Part shown: positions 10,301-21,157 of the stretch, piece after piece
How positions within the stretch are numbered: position 1 is the first letter of the stretch
How the letters are laid out: every line of letters starts with the position of its first letter
Origin: Thermodesulfobacteriota bacterium
GTDB lineage: Bacteria > Desulfobacterota > Binatia > Bin18
NCBI GenBank assembly: GCA_964291405.2
Contig: OZ219926.1
Location: 288,001 to 352,000 of the forward strand
Length of the DNA stretch: 64,000 nt
Direction of reading: 5' to 3'
Position numbers and translations under genes: made by a program
Notes under the pieces: generated by a model
The model's database searches: none
What the model saw: only the letters and a program-made list of their open reading frames with translations
What the model was told of the DNA's origin: nothing

Positions 10301-12418
10301 ATGGAAGAGGTCACCAGAGAAATTTTGTGGAATATCTCACTGACAGGCAAGGTCGTGATGTATATCCTACTGTTCACGACCTTCTTTGGTGCACCGCTCT
10401 ATCTCGCCTACGAATGGTGGAACCGGATTAAGCACGGGTCTGCGACCACGCGGATTGATAATATTCCGGAACGGACCAAACTGTTTCTGCTCGAAGCCTT
10501 TGGACAAGGGAACGTCGTGCAGGAAAAGCCGGGCGGCCTCTACCATCTGACGCTGTTTGTCGCTTTCTTCGGCCTGTTCATTGGGACCGGGTTGGTCACT
10601 CTTGAGCATGACACGCCCATGCACTTCTATTTTGGCGCCTTCTACAAAGTCTATAAATTTGTCCTCGATACCTGCGGGGTATTGCTCATTGCCGCCTGCG
10701 GCCTGTTTCTGTATCGCCGCTACGTCCAGCAGCCAGCGGCTCACGCCGGGCCGGCTCAAGAAAAAATGGTTGATAATTTTGAGAACCGTGTCGGCTATGG
10801 CCTGCCGTTAGTGCTCATCCTGCTCATTGGCGTGACCGGCCTCATGCTCGAAGGGGTGCGCATTCATACCAACCCTGCGAGTCATCCGGGCTGGGCCTAT
10901 GCGGGGATGGCGTTTGCCGGTGTTTTTGCTCTGGCCGACGCAGGAGAGGGTACGCATCAAATCGTGTGGTGGGTACACCTGCTCATTATCACCGCATTTT
11001 TCGGTCTGATTCCGTTTACCAAGATGCGGCATATATTCCTGGCACCGGTCAATATCTTCTTCAGCAATCTGAAACCACGCGGCCGCCTGGAGCCGATTAC
11101 CGACTTTGAAACCGCGGAGACCTTCGGCGTCTCACAGGTTGAGGAGTATAGCTGGAAACAACTGCTCGACATGGCGTCCTGCCTTGAGTGTGGACGCTGT
11201 ACGCTCAACTGTCCTACGGTCAATACGGATAAGCCCCTGAACCCCAAAAAGCTGGTCATGGTTCAACGCGAGCATCTCATCCAAAAGACGCCCTTTCTCT
11301 TGCAACTTGCCGCAGTCAAAGCGCAAAACGCGCAAAACGGCGAGCAGGTTGAACTGCCGGTTTGGGAGGGGGCGGATATGATTACCGAGGTGGCGACCGA
11401 AGATGTCATCTGGGGCTGTACGACGTGTGGTTGGTGTGAGGAAGGCTGTCCGGTCAATATCGAGCATATCCAGCGGATTGTGGACATGCGGCGCTACGAC
11501 GTGATGATGGAAGCACGGTTTCCACAAGAAGTGGTCAACGTCTTCAAAGGCTTGGAAACCAATTCTAACCCGTGGAATCTGGGCTTTGATAAACGCGCGG
11601 ATTGGGCCGCCGGTCTTGGCGTGAAGACCCTGGCCGAAGACCCTGAAGCCGATGTACTGTATTGGGTTGGCTGTGCCGGTTCGTTTGACGAACGTAACCA
11701 AAAAGTCTCTACCGCCATGGTCAACATCTTACAGAAAGCCGGCGTACGCTTCGCCATTCTGGGTAAAGAGGAGGGCTGTACGGGTGATCCGGCACGGCGT
11801 TTGGGCAACGAGTATCTCTACAGCATGCTGGCTGAGCAAAATGTTCAGACTCTGAATGGCTATAATGTCAAGGAAGTGATTACCCAGTGTCCGCACTGCT
11901 TCCACACGATTGCCAACGAATATCCGGACTTGGGCGGGAACTACAAAGTCTACCACAGCTCGGAGTATATCGAGGAGTTGGTCAAGCGAGACAAGATCAG
12001 CCCGCGCGTCCTGAATGAGCAGAACACAACCTTCCACGACCCCTGCTATTTGAGTCGTCACAATGGTCGCTACGCGCCGCCTCGCGAGGCGTTGCGGGCC
12101 ATTCCGGGCATCAAGCTCAATGATGTCGAGCAGTCGAAAAACCGCACCTTCTGTTGCGGTGCTGGCGGTGGCTCGGTCTGGAAAGAAGAGACGCAAGGTT
12201 CACGGATCAACTACACCCGCGTGGACCAACTCATGAAGGCCGATCCCGAGACCATTGCCGTTGGCTGCCCTTACTGCATGATCATGATGGACGATGCCGT
12301 CAAAGGGAAAGACCTTGACGAGCAAGTTCAGGTCAAAGACCTCGTTGAACTCGTCTCCGAATCACTCAATGACGAGGAAGAGACGGCACCCACGGAAGAG
12401 ACGGAAGCAACCCATTAA
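10301..12418 (+). CDS. Membrane-bound Fe-S oxidoreductase (FadF / HdrD-like: NarI-type TM domain, two 4Fe-4S motifs, CCG domains)
   Basis: CLECGRCTLNCP, CTTCGWCEEGCP, YWVGC, CPHC, HDPCY, FCCGAGGG and GCPYC. Confidence 0.9.
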   Translation: MEEVTREILWNISLTGKVVMYILLFTTFFGAPLYLAYEWWNRIKHGSATTRIDNIPERTKLFLLEAFGQGNVVQEKPGGLYHLTLFVAFFGLFIGTGLVTLEHDTPMHFYFGAFYKVYKFVLDTCGVLLIAACGLFLYRRYVQQPAAHAGPAQEKMVDNFENRVGYGLPLVLILLIGVTGLMLEGVRIHTNPASHPGWAYAGMAFAGVFALADAGEGTHQIVWWVHLLIITAFFGLIPFTKMRHIFLAPVNIFFSNLKPRGRLEPITDFETAETFGVSQVEEYSWKQLLDMASCLECGRCTLNCPTVNTDKPLNPKKLVMVQREHLIQKTPFLLQLAAVKAQNAQNGEQVELPVWEGADMITEVATEDVIWGCTTCGWCEEGCPVNIEHIQRIVDMRRYDVMMEARFPQEVVNVFKGLETNSNPWNLGFDKRADWAAGLGVKTLAEDPEADVLYWVGCAGSFDERNQKVSTAMVNILQKAGVRFAILGKEEGCTGDPARRLGNEYLYSMLAEQNVQTLNGYNVKEVITQCPHCFHTIANEYPDLGGNYKVYHSSEYIEELVKRDKISPRVLNEQNTTFHDPCYLSRHNGRYAPPREALRAIPGIKLNDVEQSKNRTFCCGAGGGSVWKEETQGSRINYTRVDQLMKADPETIAVGCPYCMIMMDDAVKGKDLDEQVQVKDLVELVSESLNDEEETAPTEETEATH

Positions 12419-12938
12419 GCTATCACAAGCATTACATACTCTTCCGTTTCAAAAACACCTCCCTCTCTCGAAGAGGAATAAGGCGAAGGGAAAGGCGCTT
12501 CTCCTTCTCTTCTCCGCTGTTCTTTTCGCCTGCCCTGCTACATCTTCCTCTTTTCCCCAGGTCGTTATCCACCCCCAAAGCGGAACCCCCATTCGCGTCG
12601 CGGTCGAAGTTGCAGACACGCAAGAAAAACGTCAGCTTGGCCTCATGTATCGCAACGAACTCCCGGCGTTCGGCGGTATGCTCTTTATTTTCCCGCAGGA
12701 AGGCCCGCTCAGTTTCTGGATGAAAAACACTCCACTGCCGCTCGATATCATCTATATCAACGCGGATTTCACCATCGTTCATATCGCTGAAAACACGGCA
12801 CCCTACTCCACCGCCAACATCCCCTCTAAACACCCGGCCAAATATGTACTTGAAGTCAATGCCGGATTTTGTCGGCAACACAGCATCGTCGCCAAGGATC
12901 GGGTTGAGTTCTCACGGGTTACATCAAAACTCCTGTAA
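12369..12938 (+). CDS. DUF192 family protein, probable lipoprotein (start uncertain)
   Basis: VEVADT...GLMYR...GMLFIF...FWMKNTPLPLDII...YVLEVNAG; lipobox LFAC. Confidence 0.85.
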   Translation: MTRKRRHPRKRRKQPIKLSQALHTLPFQKHLPLSKRNKAKGKALLLLFSAVLFACPATSSSFPQVVIHPQSGTPIRVAVEVADTQEKRQLGLMYRNELPAFGGMLFIFPQEGPLSFWMKNTPLPLDIIYINADFTIVHIAENTAPYSTANIPSKHPAKYVLEVNAGFCRQHSIVAKDRVEFSRVTSKLL

Positions 12939-12964
12939 CAGCTAAGGGGTCGGGAATAATTTGG

Positions 12965-13693
12965 ATGCGCAGTCAAAAAATGATAAGGTTCCGCATCGTG
13001 ACGGTTGCATCATACGTCCCCCTCTTTGTTTTAGCCGTACTCACGCTAGGAGTAACACCACTCCCTGGGCACTCGTCAGCCCTTCTCGGGTTCTTCCCTT
13101 CATCACTGCCTGTCGTCTCAGACGAAAGACTGGAAAAAGGGAATTTCCTCGTTGCAGCAAATCATCTGCATGACCCCAATTTCTCACAGACCGTCATCTA
13201 TCTCGTTGCCTACAGCCAACGGGGTGCTCTGGGTGTAGTAGTCAATCGCCCGACGAACATTCAATTGGTGAGCGCATTACCACATTTGGCAGACCAGCCG
13301 CATGCGGAGGATGTGATCTATGCCGGAGGGCCGGTAGGACGCACCCGGATGCTCTTACTCGTTCGCTCACAGACATTTCCACTTGGAGAAACGCTCCCGA
13401 TCACGGAAGAGGTCTCAGTGACATCCAGTCTCGATAATCTAACCAAGCTGGCCACGACCGCAACGGCACAGTTTCACGTGTACGCGGGCCATGCCGGCTG
13501 GTCGCCCCTTCAGCTTGACTCCGAAGTCGCACGGGGCGACTGGCACGTTATGCCCGGTAACCCGGCAACGCTTTTTGATACAGACTTGAAAAATGTCTGG
13601 TCAGATCTGAGTAATAAGGATGCCCGTAACGCTGCGGAGTGGATCTACCATAGACAGCCCATATATCCGAAGAGACCTCTGGACAGCTACTAA
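12965..13693 (+). CDS. YqgE/AlgH (DUF179) family protein with N-terminal hydrophobic extension
   Basis: LVA...DPNFSQTVI, GALGVVVNRP, GGPV and GHAGWSPLQLDSE...W. Confidence 0.88.
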   Translation: MRSQKMIRFRIVTVASYVPLFVLAVLTLGVTPLPGHSSALLGFFPSSLPVVSDERLEKGNFLVAANHLHDPNFSQTVIYLVAYSQRGALGVVVNRPTNIQLVSALPHLADQPHAEDVIYAGGPVGRTRMLLLVRSQTFPLGETLPITEEVSVTSSLDNLTKLATTATAQFHVYAGHAGWSPLQLDSEVARGDWHVMPGNPATLFDTDLKNVWSDLSNKDARNAAEWIYHRQPIYPKRPLDSY

Positions 13694-13713
13694 AGAGTTC
13701 AGGAGGAAACACC

Positions 13714-14091
13714 ATGGCAAGCATCGAATGGATCACTCGTTTATTTCACTCCATTGACACCAACGACACCAATACTTTTGCGGGCTTCCTCGCCCCTGAT
13801 GCGCTTTTCAAGTTTGCCAACCAAGAGCCAGTCATCGGGAAAGAGGCGGCACGTCAAACGGTAGCTGAATTTCTCTCTAGCATTAAAGCCATTCAGCACA
13901 CCGTCCTGGACATCTGGGAGAAGGAAGGAGCGACGGCGTGTCACGGTATCGTGACCTATACGCGCCACGACTCCAGTCAACTCCGCGTCCCATTTGCCAA
14001 TGTGTTCAAAATGCAGGGCGATCTGATTCAGGAATATCTGATCTACGTCGATGCGTCACAACTCTATACTCCAGAGGGGGACGCGTCGTAG
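13714..14091 (+). CDS. SnoaL-like / NTF2 family protein
   Basis: RBS AGGAGG; FLAPDALFKFAN..PVIG...YTRHD...PFANVF...IQEYLIYVD. Confidence 0.8.
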   Translation: MASIEWITRLFHSIDTNDTNTFAGFLAPDALFKFANQEPVIGKEAARQTVAEFLSSIKAIQHTVLDIWEKEGATACHGIVTYTRHDSSQLRVPFANVFKMQGDLIQEYLIYVDASQLYTPEGDAS

Positions 14092-14189
14092 TGCTATCGG
14101 ATAAGGCGCCCCTGAACGAGAGCCTTGGTGGAGAGGCTGGCCAGAGGGACATTGACAGAGAAAGGCGTCCTCGGATAGGGGCCTTTGAG

Positions 14190-14206
14190 ATGCAAACAGT
14201 ATGCAT
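14190..14206. promoter_or_regulatory. Fur-family-like 7-1-7 inverted repeat upstream of the TonB operon
   Basis: ATGCAAAC-A-GTATGCAT, one mismatch from a perfect palindrome, about 160 bp before the DUF3450 gene. Confidence 0.35.
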
Positions 14207-14367
14207 AGTAGAGATAGAGTAGAGAAACCCTTGTTTTTACTGGTCAGAATCTTTCAAAATGAGGCACTACCAGAATTTGACTTCTTCGCCAGGATATATT
14301 AGCAACCTGTGTACTGATCCCATACGGTCGCGGTAGAAGTGGTTCACGAAGGAGAGACAGGAGAATT

Positions 14368-15144
14368 ATGACACACAAGACATACCTCATATGGCTACTC
14401 GTGTGGGCCTGTTTGAGCGGCTGGTCGGAGCGTGTCAGTGCCCAGCCGGTTGAACAATTGATAGAAACACAAAGTGATGCGGTAACGGAGGCCATCCGCT
14501 CCCAAGACACAATCGATGCTCTTGCAGACGAAACACAGCGCATGCTGAGCACCTATCGGAATGCCATCCAACAGACAGAAAGTCTTGGAGTCTACGTTGA
14601 GCAGCTCGACCGTCTCCTTGATTCCCAACAGAAAGAATCCGCCTCTCTCGAGACTCAACTCCAAGAAATTGAGATCACCCAACGCGACATCGTGCCTTTG
14701 CTCGTCCGCATGCTAGATCATCTCGTCCAGTTCGTCGCCCTGGATATTCCTTTTTTGCCCGAGGAACGTCAGGAGCGGCTGAATCGTCTCCGGAACACCT
14801 TCGATCAATCGGATCTGACGATTACCGAGAAGTATCGGAGCATTATGGAAGCGTACCAGATTGAGACGGACTATGGCAGGACGATCGAGGGCTATCGTGG
14901 AGCAGTCAATGTCGGTGGGCAGGAACGCACGGTTGACTTCTTACGGATTGGACGGCTGGCACTGCTGTATCAGAGCCTGGACGGCCAAGAGGTGGGGCAC
15001 TGGAATCGGAGCACCCAAGAGTGGGAGGCCCTCCCGAGCAGCTATCAACGGGCCATCAATCGGGGGCTACAGATCGCTGCGAAACAATCAGTTCCCAACC
15101 TCCTGTTGCTCCCCGTTCCAGCTCCAAGCGAGGTGACTCAGTGA
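14368..15144 (+). CDS. DUF3450 family periplasmic protein (TtpB-like)
   Basis: Signal peptide, coiled coil, LDIPFL.EER, EKYR..MEAYQIE.DYG and VDFLRIGRLALLYQSLDG. Confidence 0.9.
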   Translation: MTHKTYLIWLLVWACLSGWSERVSAQPVEQLIETQSDAVTEAIRSQDTIDALADETQRMLSTYRNAIQQTESLGVYVEQLDRLLDSQQKESASLETQLQEIEITQRDIVPLLVRMLDHLVQFVALDIPFLPEERQERLNRLRNTFDQSDLTITEKYRSIMEAYQIETDYGRTIEGYRGAVNVGGQERTVDFLRIGRLALLYQSLDGQEVGHWNRSTQEWEALPSSYQRAINRGLQIAAKQSVPNLLLLPVPAPSEVTQ

Positions 15145-16525
15145 ACATATTACGATGGAGTGTTGTGTGGGTGCTCTTCCTGGTCGGGTCCCCCGACTGG
15201 AGGTTTTTGCGCAAGAAGGTCCCCAATCTCTCCAGGAATTGTTTGACCAGGTTCGTGCTGAACGGCAGGCCGACTCCGAAGTGCATAGCGAGCGCGAGTC
15301 TCGTTTCCTGGCAGAGCGTGACCAACGTCAAAGCCTGCTTCAGCAGGCCGAGAGAGAACTCGCCAGCGTCAAACAAGAGAGCGAAGAGAAACAGGCAATC
15401 TTCAGGACAAACGAAGATAATCTGGTGCAACTCCGCAGCCAACTCAAAGAGCGGGCTGCCTCACTGGGCGAACTCTTCGGTGTCGTCCGACAGATCTCAC
15501 GCGATACGGCTGGGATGATCGAGGGGTCGTTCGTTTCCGTCCAGTCCGGCGAGCGAGTCGATTTTCTCAACACGATGGCCGAAAGCACGGAGCTCGCTTC
15601 GCTGGAAGAGCTTGAACGGTTATGGCTCGTCCTGCTGGAGGAAATGACACAGTCCGGACAGGTGGTAAAATTTGCCACGACCGTGACCGAGCCAGATGGT
15701 GCGCAATCAGAGAGGGAAATTGTCCGAGTCGGGACGTTCAATGGCGTCTCTGAAGGACAGTATCTCCGGTACGTGCCGGAGACCCGTCAGCTCGCCGAGC
15801 TGGCACGCCAGCCCGAGGGGCAGTATATCAGCGCCGCGCAAGATCTCGAACAGACAACGGAGGGGTATACGGCGTTTGGTGTTGACCCGTCCCGAGGAGC
15901 TATTCTCGCGGCTCTTGTACAAAGGCCAGGCGCGTGGGAGCGGATTGAGCAAGGTGGCATTATTGGTTTCGTGATCCTCGCCATCGGCCTGATTGCCGCA
16001 GGGCTGATTGTGGAGCGTACGGTCTATCTGTGGCGGGAAGACCGGCGCATGCAGGCGCAACGCCAAATGGATGAGCTCAAAGCCGATAACGCTTTAGGAC
16101 GCGTCATGCTCGTGTACCAATATGACACGGATCAAAATGTTGAAACTCTGGAAGCGCGCTTGGAAGAAGCGATCCTAGAACAAATTCCGATCCTGGAACG
16201 TGGCTTGGCCACGCTCGGAATTTTTGCCGCAGTTGCCCCGCTGCTCGGGCTGCTCGGCACGGTCGTCGGTATGATTGATACCTTTCAGTCCATCACGCTG
16301 TTTGGAGCAGGTGATCCGCGGGTCATGTCAGATGGCATTTCGCAGGCGCTCGTGACCACCCAGCTTGGGTTAAGCGTGGCGATTCCGATCGTCCTCCTGC
16401 ATTCTCTGCTGTCCAGCAAGAGTGGCCGCCTTGTTCATACGTTAGAAGAACAGAGTGCGGGGATGATCGCCCTGTTAGCCGGGCGGTCGTCCTTACTAGC
16501 CGGACAGCCGGGTGAGTCCTCCTGA
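15141..16525 (+). CDS. Long MotA/TolQ/ExbB family protein (TtpC-like), apparently frameshifted at the C-run 15190-15194
   Basis: GTG 15141 overlaps the upstream stop and encodes a signal peptide (VNILRWSVVWVLFLVGSP). The body is in another frame: LGELFGVVRQ, RVGTFN, DPSRG, APLLGLLGTV, GISQALVTT. Confidence 0.85.
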
Positions 16526-17046
16526 TGCTCTATAATCTTCTTATTGGTCCACTCCAACAGTTCTTTGCAACCGGCGGGTCGGCGCTGTGGGCTATTTTTG
16601 TGGTTGCTATCGCCTTGTGGGCACTCATTATCGAACGCTTTGTCTTCTTTTGGACACGCTATCCATTGCTTGAGGATGAAGTCGTTTCTCGTTGGCAAGC
16701 CCGCAGCGACCACCAGTCGTGGTATGCTTTCCAGGTCCGCAAGATGGAAATCATCCAGATGGACTTTCAGCTCCGCAGAGGTCTTTCTCTGATTCGGACC
16801 TTGACCATTGTGCTGCCCATCTTAGGACTCCTGGGAACGGTGAACGGTATGATTTTCACCTTTACCGTCATGCAATTATTTGGAACCGGGAATGCCAACG
16901 GTTTGGCCGGTGGAATTTCCGAAGCGCTGGTCACAACGATGGCCGGATTGGTGTGCGCCGTTCCCGGACTCTATTTCAGTTCCAACTTAGACCGGAGAGC
17001 GGCAAAATCTGCTCAGAGGATAGCCAGTCTCTTACGTGTGGACTAA
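16525..17046 (+). CDS. exbB: MotA/TolQ/ExbB proton channel protein
   Basis: LPILGLLGTVNGMI...GGISEALVTTMAGL; TGATG overlap with the upstream gene. Confidence 0.9.
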   Translation: MLYNLLIGPLQQFFATGGSALWAIFVVAIALWALIIERFVFFWTRYPLLEDEVVSRWQARSDHQSWYAFQVRKMEIIQMDFQLRRGLSLIRTLTIVLPILGLLGTVNGMIFTFTVMQLFGTGNANGLAGGISEALVTTMAGLVCAVPGLYFSSNLDRRAAKSAQRIASLLRVD

Positions 17047-17071
17047 GACGATACCTTAAGGATGGTGCCGA

Positions 17072-17479
17072 ATGAGACGTCGCCGGGACAGACGTGACAG
17101 TGCTCCTGAGATCAATCTGACGCCGATGATAGATATGGTGTTCATCCTCCTGATCTTCTTTCTGGTCGCATCCTCGTTCGTGAAGGAAGCCGGGATTGAG
17201 GTCAACCGACCCGTCGCACAGACAGCTCAGACGCAAGGGCGTGGGACGATTCGTATTGCGCTCTCAGAAACCGGCGAAATATGGATGGAGCGGCGCTCGA
17301 TCGATATTCGGGCCGTCCGGGCAAACGTTGAGCGCATGCTCGCCGAGAGCCCTGAGGCCAGTGTTGTAGTGTTAGCTGATGAAACGGCCCACACCGGACT
17401 GCTGGTACAGGTGATGGATCAAGTCCGGTTGGCCGGCGTAAATGATATCGCGGTTGCCGCCCGACAACAGGAGGGCTGA
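17072..17479 (+). CDS. exbD: Biopolymer transporter ExbD
   Basis: EINLTPMIDMVFILLIFFLV...ADE...G..VQVMD. Confidence 0.93.
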   Translation: MRRRRDRRDSAPEINLTPMIDMVFILLIFFLVASSFVKEAGIEVNRPVAQTAQTQGRGTIRIALSETGEIWMERRSIDIRAVRANVERMLAESPEASVVVLADETAHTGLLVQVMDQVRLAGVNDIAVAARQQEG

Positions 17480-17481
17480 AG

Positions 17482-18119
17482 ATGTTCAGGCGAGCCGTCG
17501 TGTCAGGTCTGGCCGGCCTGACAATTGCCGTCCTGCTCTTTCTGATCATGCACGTACTGATTGCACGTTCCCAGCGCGCACGCTCCTATCCGGATGCCTA
17601 CCCCATCGTTGATTTTGTTCGCCTCCCACCTGAAGCAGAGCCCCCTCCGCGAGATGAGCGTGAACCACCGAGGAACCCGATCCGCCCGAAGTACCGCCAA
17701 CCCCGAGCTTTGCCTTACAGACGGCGAACCAGCCTCAACTTTCGGCACCGCAAATTGAGATGACCGCAGCCATTACTTCGGGTCCTTTGCTCGATATGAC
17801 TCCCCTGGCTGCGCCGGCCAGCAACAAACAGACAGTCCTGTCAGGACATGAATTGATGCCGTTGGTCCGAGTACCGCCCCGTTATCCGGGCCGGGCCGCG
17901 CGTCTTCAGATCGAAGGTTCAGTCACGGTTGAGTTCACCATTACGGCAGACGGCAGCGTAGCCGATCCCGCAGTTATCGAATCCGACCCCCCTCGAGTCT
18001 TTGATAAGGCGGCGCTGCAAGCCATTGTCCAGTGGAAATTCAAACCGCGCGTGGAGAATGGGCAGGCGATTGAATCACGGGCATCACAACGGATTGAGTT
18101 TGCCCTGGGAGGAGGCTGA
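17482..18119 (+). CDS. tonB: Energy transducer TonB, split by an apparent single-base deletion near 17670
   Basis: N-terminal TM anchor and Pro-rich linker (17482-17670) continue in the -1 frame as EEPDPPEVPPTP into the TonB C-domain (PRYP..A....IEG.V.VEFTI...W.FKP). Confidence 0.85.
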
Positions 18120-19360
18120 TGGTGCTCGGGAAAGCATACCACATTGCAGCTTGGCTCCGCGTGCTGTGCAGCCTGGGGATAGTGTCTTTGTGTTTGGCCT
18201 CGCCCGGAATCGCTGTCGGCGAAGAGCCGAGTCTGTCGCAGGAGGTTCACGAGCAGTTGGTAGCCGTGCAGGAGCTGATACAAAGCGAACAGCATCAACA
18301 AGCCCTGACGCAGCTACAGACACTCGCAACAGACACCTCGTTAAGTCCATATGAAACAGCCCTTGTCCAGCAAACGTTAGGATACGCTCACGCCGGCTTG
18401 GAGCAATACGATCAAGCGGTCCATGCCTTTCAGCAATGCTTGGCTGGCGGAGCCTTATCGCCAGCCAACACCCAAATCGTTCGATACAACCTGGCCCAAA
18501 TGCTGATGAGCGCCGAGCGTTACGAAGAGGGGGCACGCGCTCTGGAAACCTGGTTGGCCAACGAGGAGAACCCTCGTCCACAGGCTCGGGTTTTTCTTGC
18601 CCAGGCATATATTGAACTTAAACGTTACGCCCGGGCTGAGCAAAGTATTCAGCAGGCAATCGACGGGACAACGAAATTCCACGAAGCCTGGTACCAGATG
18701 TTGATTGTCGTCCAGATTGAGCAGGAGAAGTTTTCCCAGGCCGCTGCCACACTCCAGCAACTGCTCGGTCAGTATCCGCAGAAAAAAACCTATTGGCAGC
18801 AACTCTCACAGATCTACAGCCAGGAGGAAAAGCATCAACGAGCCGTTGCCACCCTAGCCATGGCCTATAAACTAGGTCTTCTGAATGAACGGGAAGCCAT
18901 ACAGGTCGTGCAGTACTATCTTCATCTCGGCTTGCCCTATAAAGCCGCCAACCTGTTGATGGATGGGTTGGAGAAAAAGATCGTGCAGGATGTGGAGACC
19001 AATCGCGAATTACTTGTTACATGTTGGCTGCACGCGCGAGAGAGTCAACGCGCGTTGGATGTTCTTGAGCAGCTCGCTGACCGGACCCAAACGGGCAAAA
19101 TTGATCTCCGGCGTGCCGAGATATTTGCTCAATTAGAACGTTGGCAGGAAGTGGCCACCACCGTCTCCGAAGGTTTGAGAAAAGGCGGCCTGACCAATAC
19201 GGGCAAGGCATTCATGCTCCTTGGTGTTGCCGAGTACCGGTCCGGAAAACTGGACGAGAGTAAAGTCGCCTTTACCCAGGCGACTTCCCACAGAGCTTCA
19301 GCCAAGCAAGCTCGCCAATGGCTCAGGCTCATTGAACAGGAAATGGCTAAACAGCAATAA
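18119..19360 (+). CDS. Periplasmic TPR protein (TtpD-like)
   Basis: Signal peptide, repeated TPR helices, YW.QL motif and ARQWL C-terminus; last gene of the TonB operon. Confidence 0.85.
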   Translation: MVLGKAYHIAAWLRVLCSLGIVSLCLASPGIAVGEEPSLSQEVHEQLVAVQELIQSEQHQQALTQLQTLATDTSLSPYETALVQQTLGYAHAGLEQYDQAVHAFQQCLAGGALSPANTQIVRYNLAQMLMSAERYEEGARALETWLANEENPRPQARVFLAQAYIELKRYARAEQSIQQAIDGTTKFHEAWYQMLIVVQIEQEKFSQAAATLQQLLGQYPQKKTYWQQLSQIYSQEEKHQRAVATLAMAYKLGLLNEREAIQVVQYYLHLGLPYKAANLLMDGLEKKIVQDVETNRELLVTCWLHARESQRALDVLEQLADRTQTGKIDLRRAEIFAQLERWQEVATTVSEGLRKGGLTNTGKAFMLLGVAEYRSGKLDESKVAFTQATSHRASAKQARQWLRLIEQEMAKQQ

Positions 19361-19544
19361 TCGAGAGACCGTACAGACCCCGCGTCAAGTCTCCCCTTCC
19401 CTAACTCTCCCCGTTCTCGTTTTCGGTGAGATATCCCGGTCCGAAAAGCGCTGGCACCTGACCACCCCTTCCTTGATCTTTTTTGTCTCGCATAATACAA
19501 GACCAAGGTCCCGCGACTTTGCAAACGGAAGAATAGGAAAGAGT

Positions 19545-21095
19545 ATGGGTCTCAAGGAAACCATCAACAGACTTGAAAACCTCAACCAACAAGCACTCCA
19601 GGGTGGTGGTGCAAAGCGTATTGAACGCCAACACGAGCTCGGCAAAAAAACAGCTCGGGAACGGATCGACGCCTTCCTTGATCCGGGTAGTTTTGTCGAA
19701 TTGGACCGGCTGAAAACCCATCGCTGCACCGACTTTGACATGGATCAAACCAAGATCCCAGGCGATGGTGTTGTCACCGGCTATGGGACGGTCGACGGCC
19801 GTCAGGTTTTTGTTTTCTCACAGGACTTTACCGTTTTTGGCGGCAGTCTCTCCAGTGCGTTTTCCGAAAAAGTGTGTAAGGTCATGGACTTGGCCATGAA
19901 AACGGGCTGTCCGGTGGTGGGCATTAATGACTCGGGCGGCGCTCGGATTCAGGAGGGAGTAGAAAGCCTGGCGGGCTATGGAGAAATTTTTCTTCGTAAC
20001 GTCCTGAGCTCCGGCGTCGTGCCCCAAATATCCGCCATCATGGGTCCATGTGCCGGCGGAGCGGTCTATTCTCCAGCCATCACCGACTTTATCTTCATGG
20101 TTGAGAATTCCAGCTATATGTTTATTACCGGGCCGGATGTCATTAAGACGGTCACGCATGAAGAGGTGACCATGCAGGAGTTGGGTGGAGCAGCAACGCA
20201 TAATGCGACCAGCGGGGTCGCTCATTTTGCTTCTCCTGATGAAGATGAGTGCTTTCACTCGATTCGCGAGCTGCTAAGCTATCTCCCCAGCAATAATATG
20301 GAAGACCCGCCGTTTCAGCCAACCACAGATGACCCGAATCGGCGAGATGAAGCGCTCGACCAGATCGTTCCGGATAATCCCAACCGACCCTACGACGTCA
20401 CCGAAATCATTCGGTCGGTGGCGGACGAGCAGCATTTCTTCGAAGTCCAGAAAGACTATGCGCGCAATATTGTCGTTGGGTTTGCCCGGCTTGGCGGTAA
20501 ACCGGTTGGCGTAGTCGCCAATCAGCCCGCCTTCCTGGCCGGCGTGCTCGATATTGACGCCTCGGTCAAAGGGAGTCGGTTCGTCCGTTTTTGCGATTGT
20601 TTTAATATCCCCATTATCAGCTTTATCGATGTGCCGGGTTTTCTCCCAGGCACCTCCCAGGAATACGGCGGGATTATTCGTCACGGCGCGAAACTGCTCT
20701 ACGCCTACTGCGAAGCCACCGTGCCAAAGATTTCGGTCATTACACGTAAAGCGTACGGTGGTGCCTATGTTGTCATGTCGAGTAAGGCCATCCGCGGGGA
20801 TATTAATCTCGCCTATCCGACTGGCGAGATCGCGGTCATGGGTCCAGACGGTGCGGTGAACATTATTTTCCGTAACGCCATCAAAGACGCAAAAGATCAA
20901 GACACCGAGCGGACCAAATTAGTTGAGGAATATCGCGAGACATTTGCCAATCCATTCAAAGCCGCAGAATTAGGCTATATCGATGAGATCATCATGCCCG
21001 CGGATACGCGTCCCCGCCTCATCCAGGCACTCACGATGCTACAGAACAAGCGTGAGAAAAATCCGCCCAAGAAGCATGGCAATATTCCCTTATAA
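19545..21095 (+). CDS. pccB: Acyl-CoA (propionyl/methylmalonyl-CoA) carboxylase, carboxyltransferase subunit
   Basis: [45 protein letters not shown] and KKHGNIPL; start ATG 19545. Confidence 0.93.
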   Translation: MGLKETINRLENLNQQALQGGGAKRIERQHELGKKTARERIDAFLDPGSFVELDRLKTHRCTDFDMDQTKIPGDGVVTGYGTVDGRQVFVFSQDFTVFGGSLSSAFSEKVCKVMDLAMKTGCPVVGINDSGGARIQEGVESLAGYGEIFLRNVLSSGVVPQISAIMGPCAGGAVYSPAITDFIFMVENSSYMFITGPDVIKTVTHEEVTMQELGGAATHNATSGVAHFASPDEDECFHSIRELLSYLPSNNMEDPPFQPTTDDPNRRDEALDQIVPDNPNRPYDVTEIIRSVADEQHFFEVQKDYARNIVVGFARLGGKPVGVVANQPAFLAGVLDIDASVKGSRFVRFCDCFNIPIISFIDVPGFLPGTSQEYGGIIRHGAKLLYAYCEATVPKISVITRKAYGGAYVVMSSKAIRGDINLAYPTGEIAVMGPDGAVNIIFRNAIKDAKDQDTERTKLVEEYRETFANPFKAAELGYIDEIIMPADTRPRLIQALTMLQNKREKNPPKKHGNIPL

Positions 21096-21157
21096 GGGGG
21101 ATAGATGACGGGCGGGTAAGCAAACACCCAGCTCCTAATCTCGCCAAGGTAGGACCT

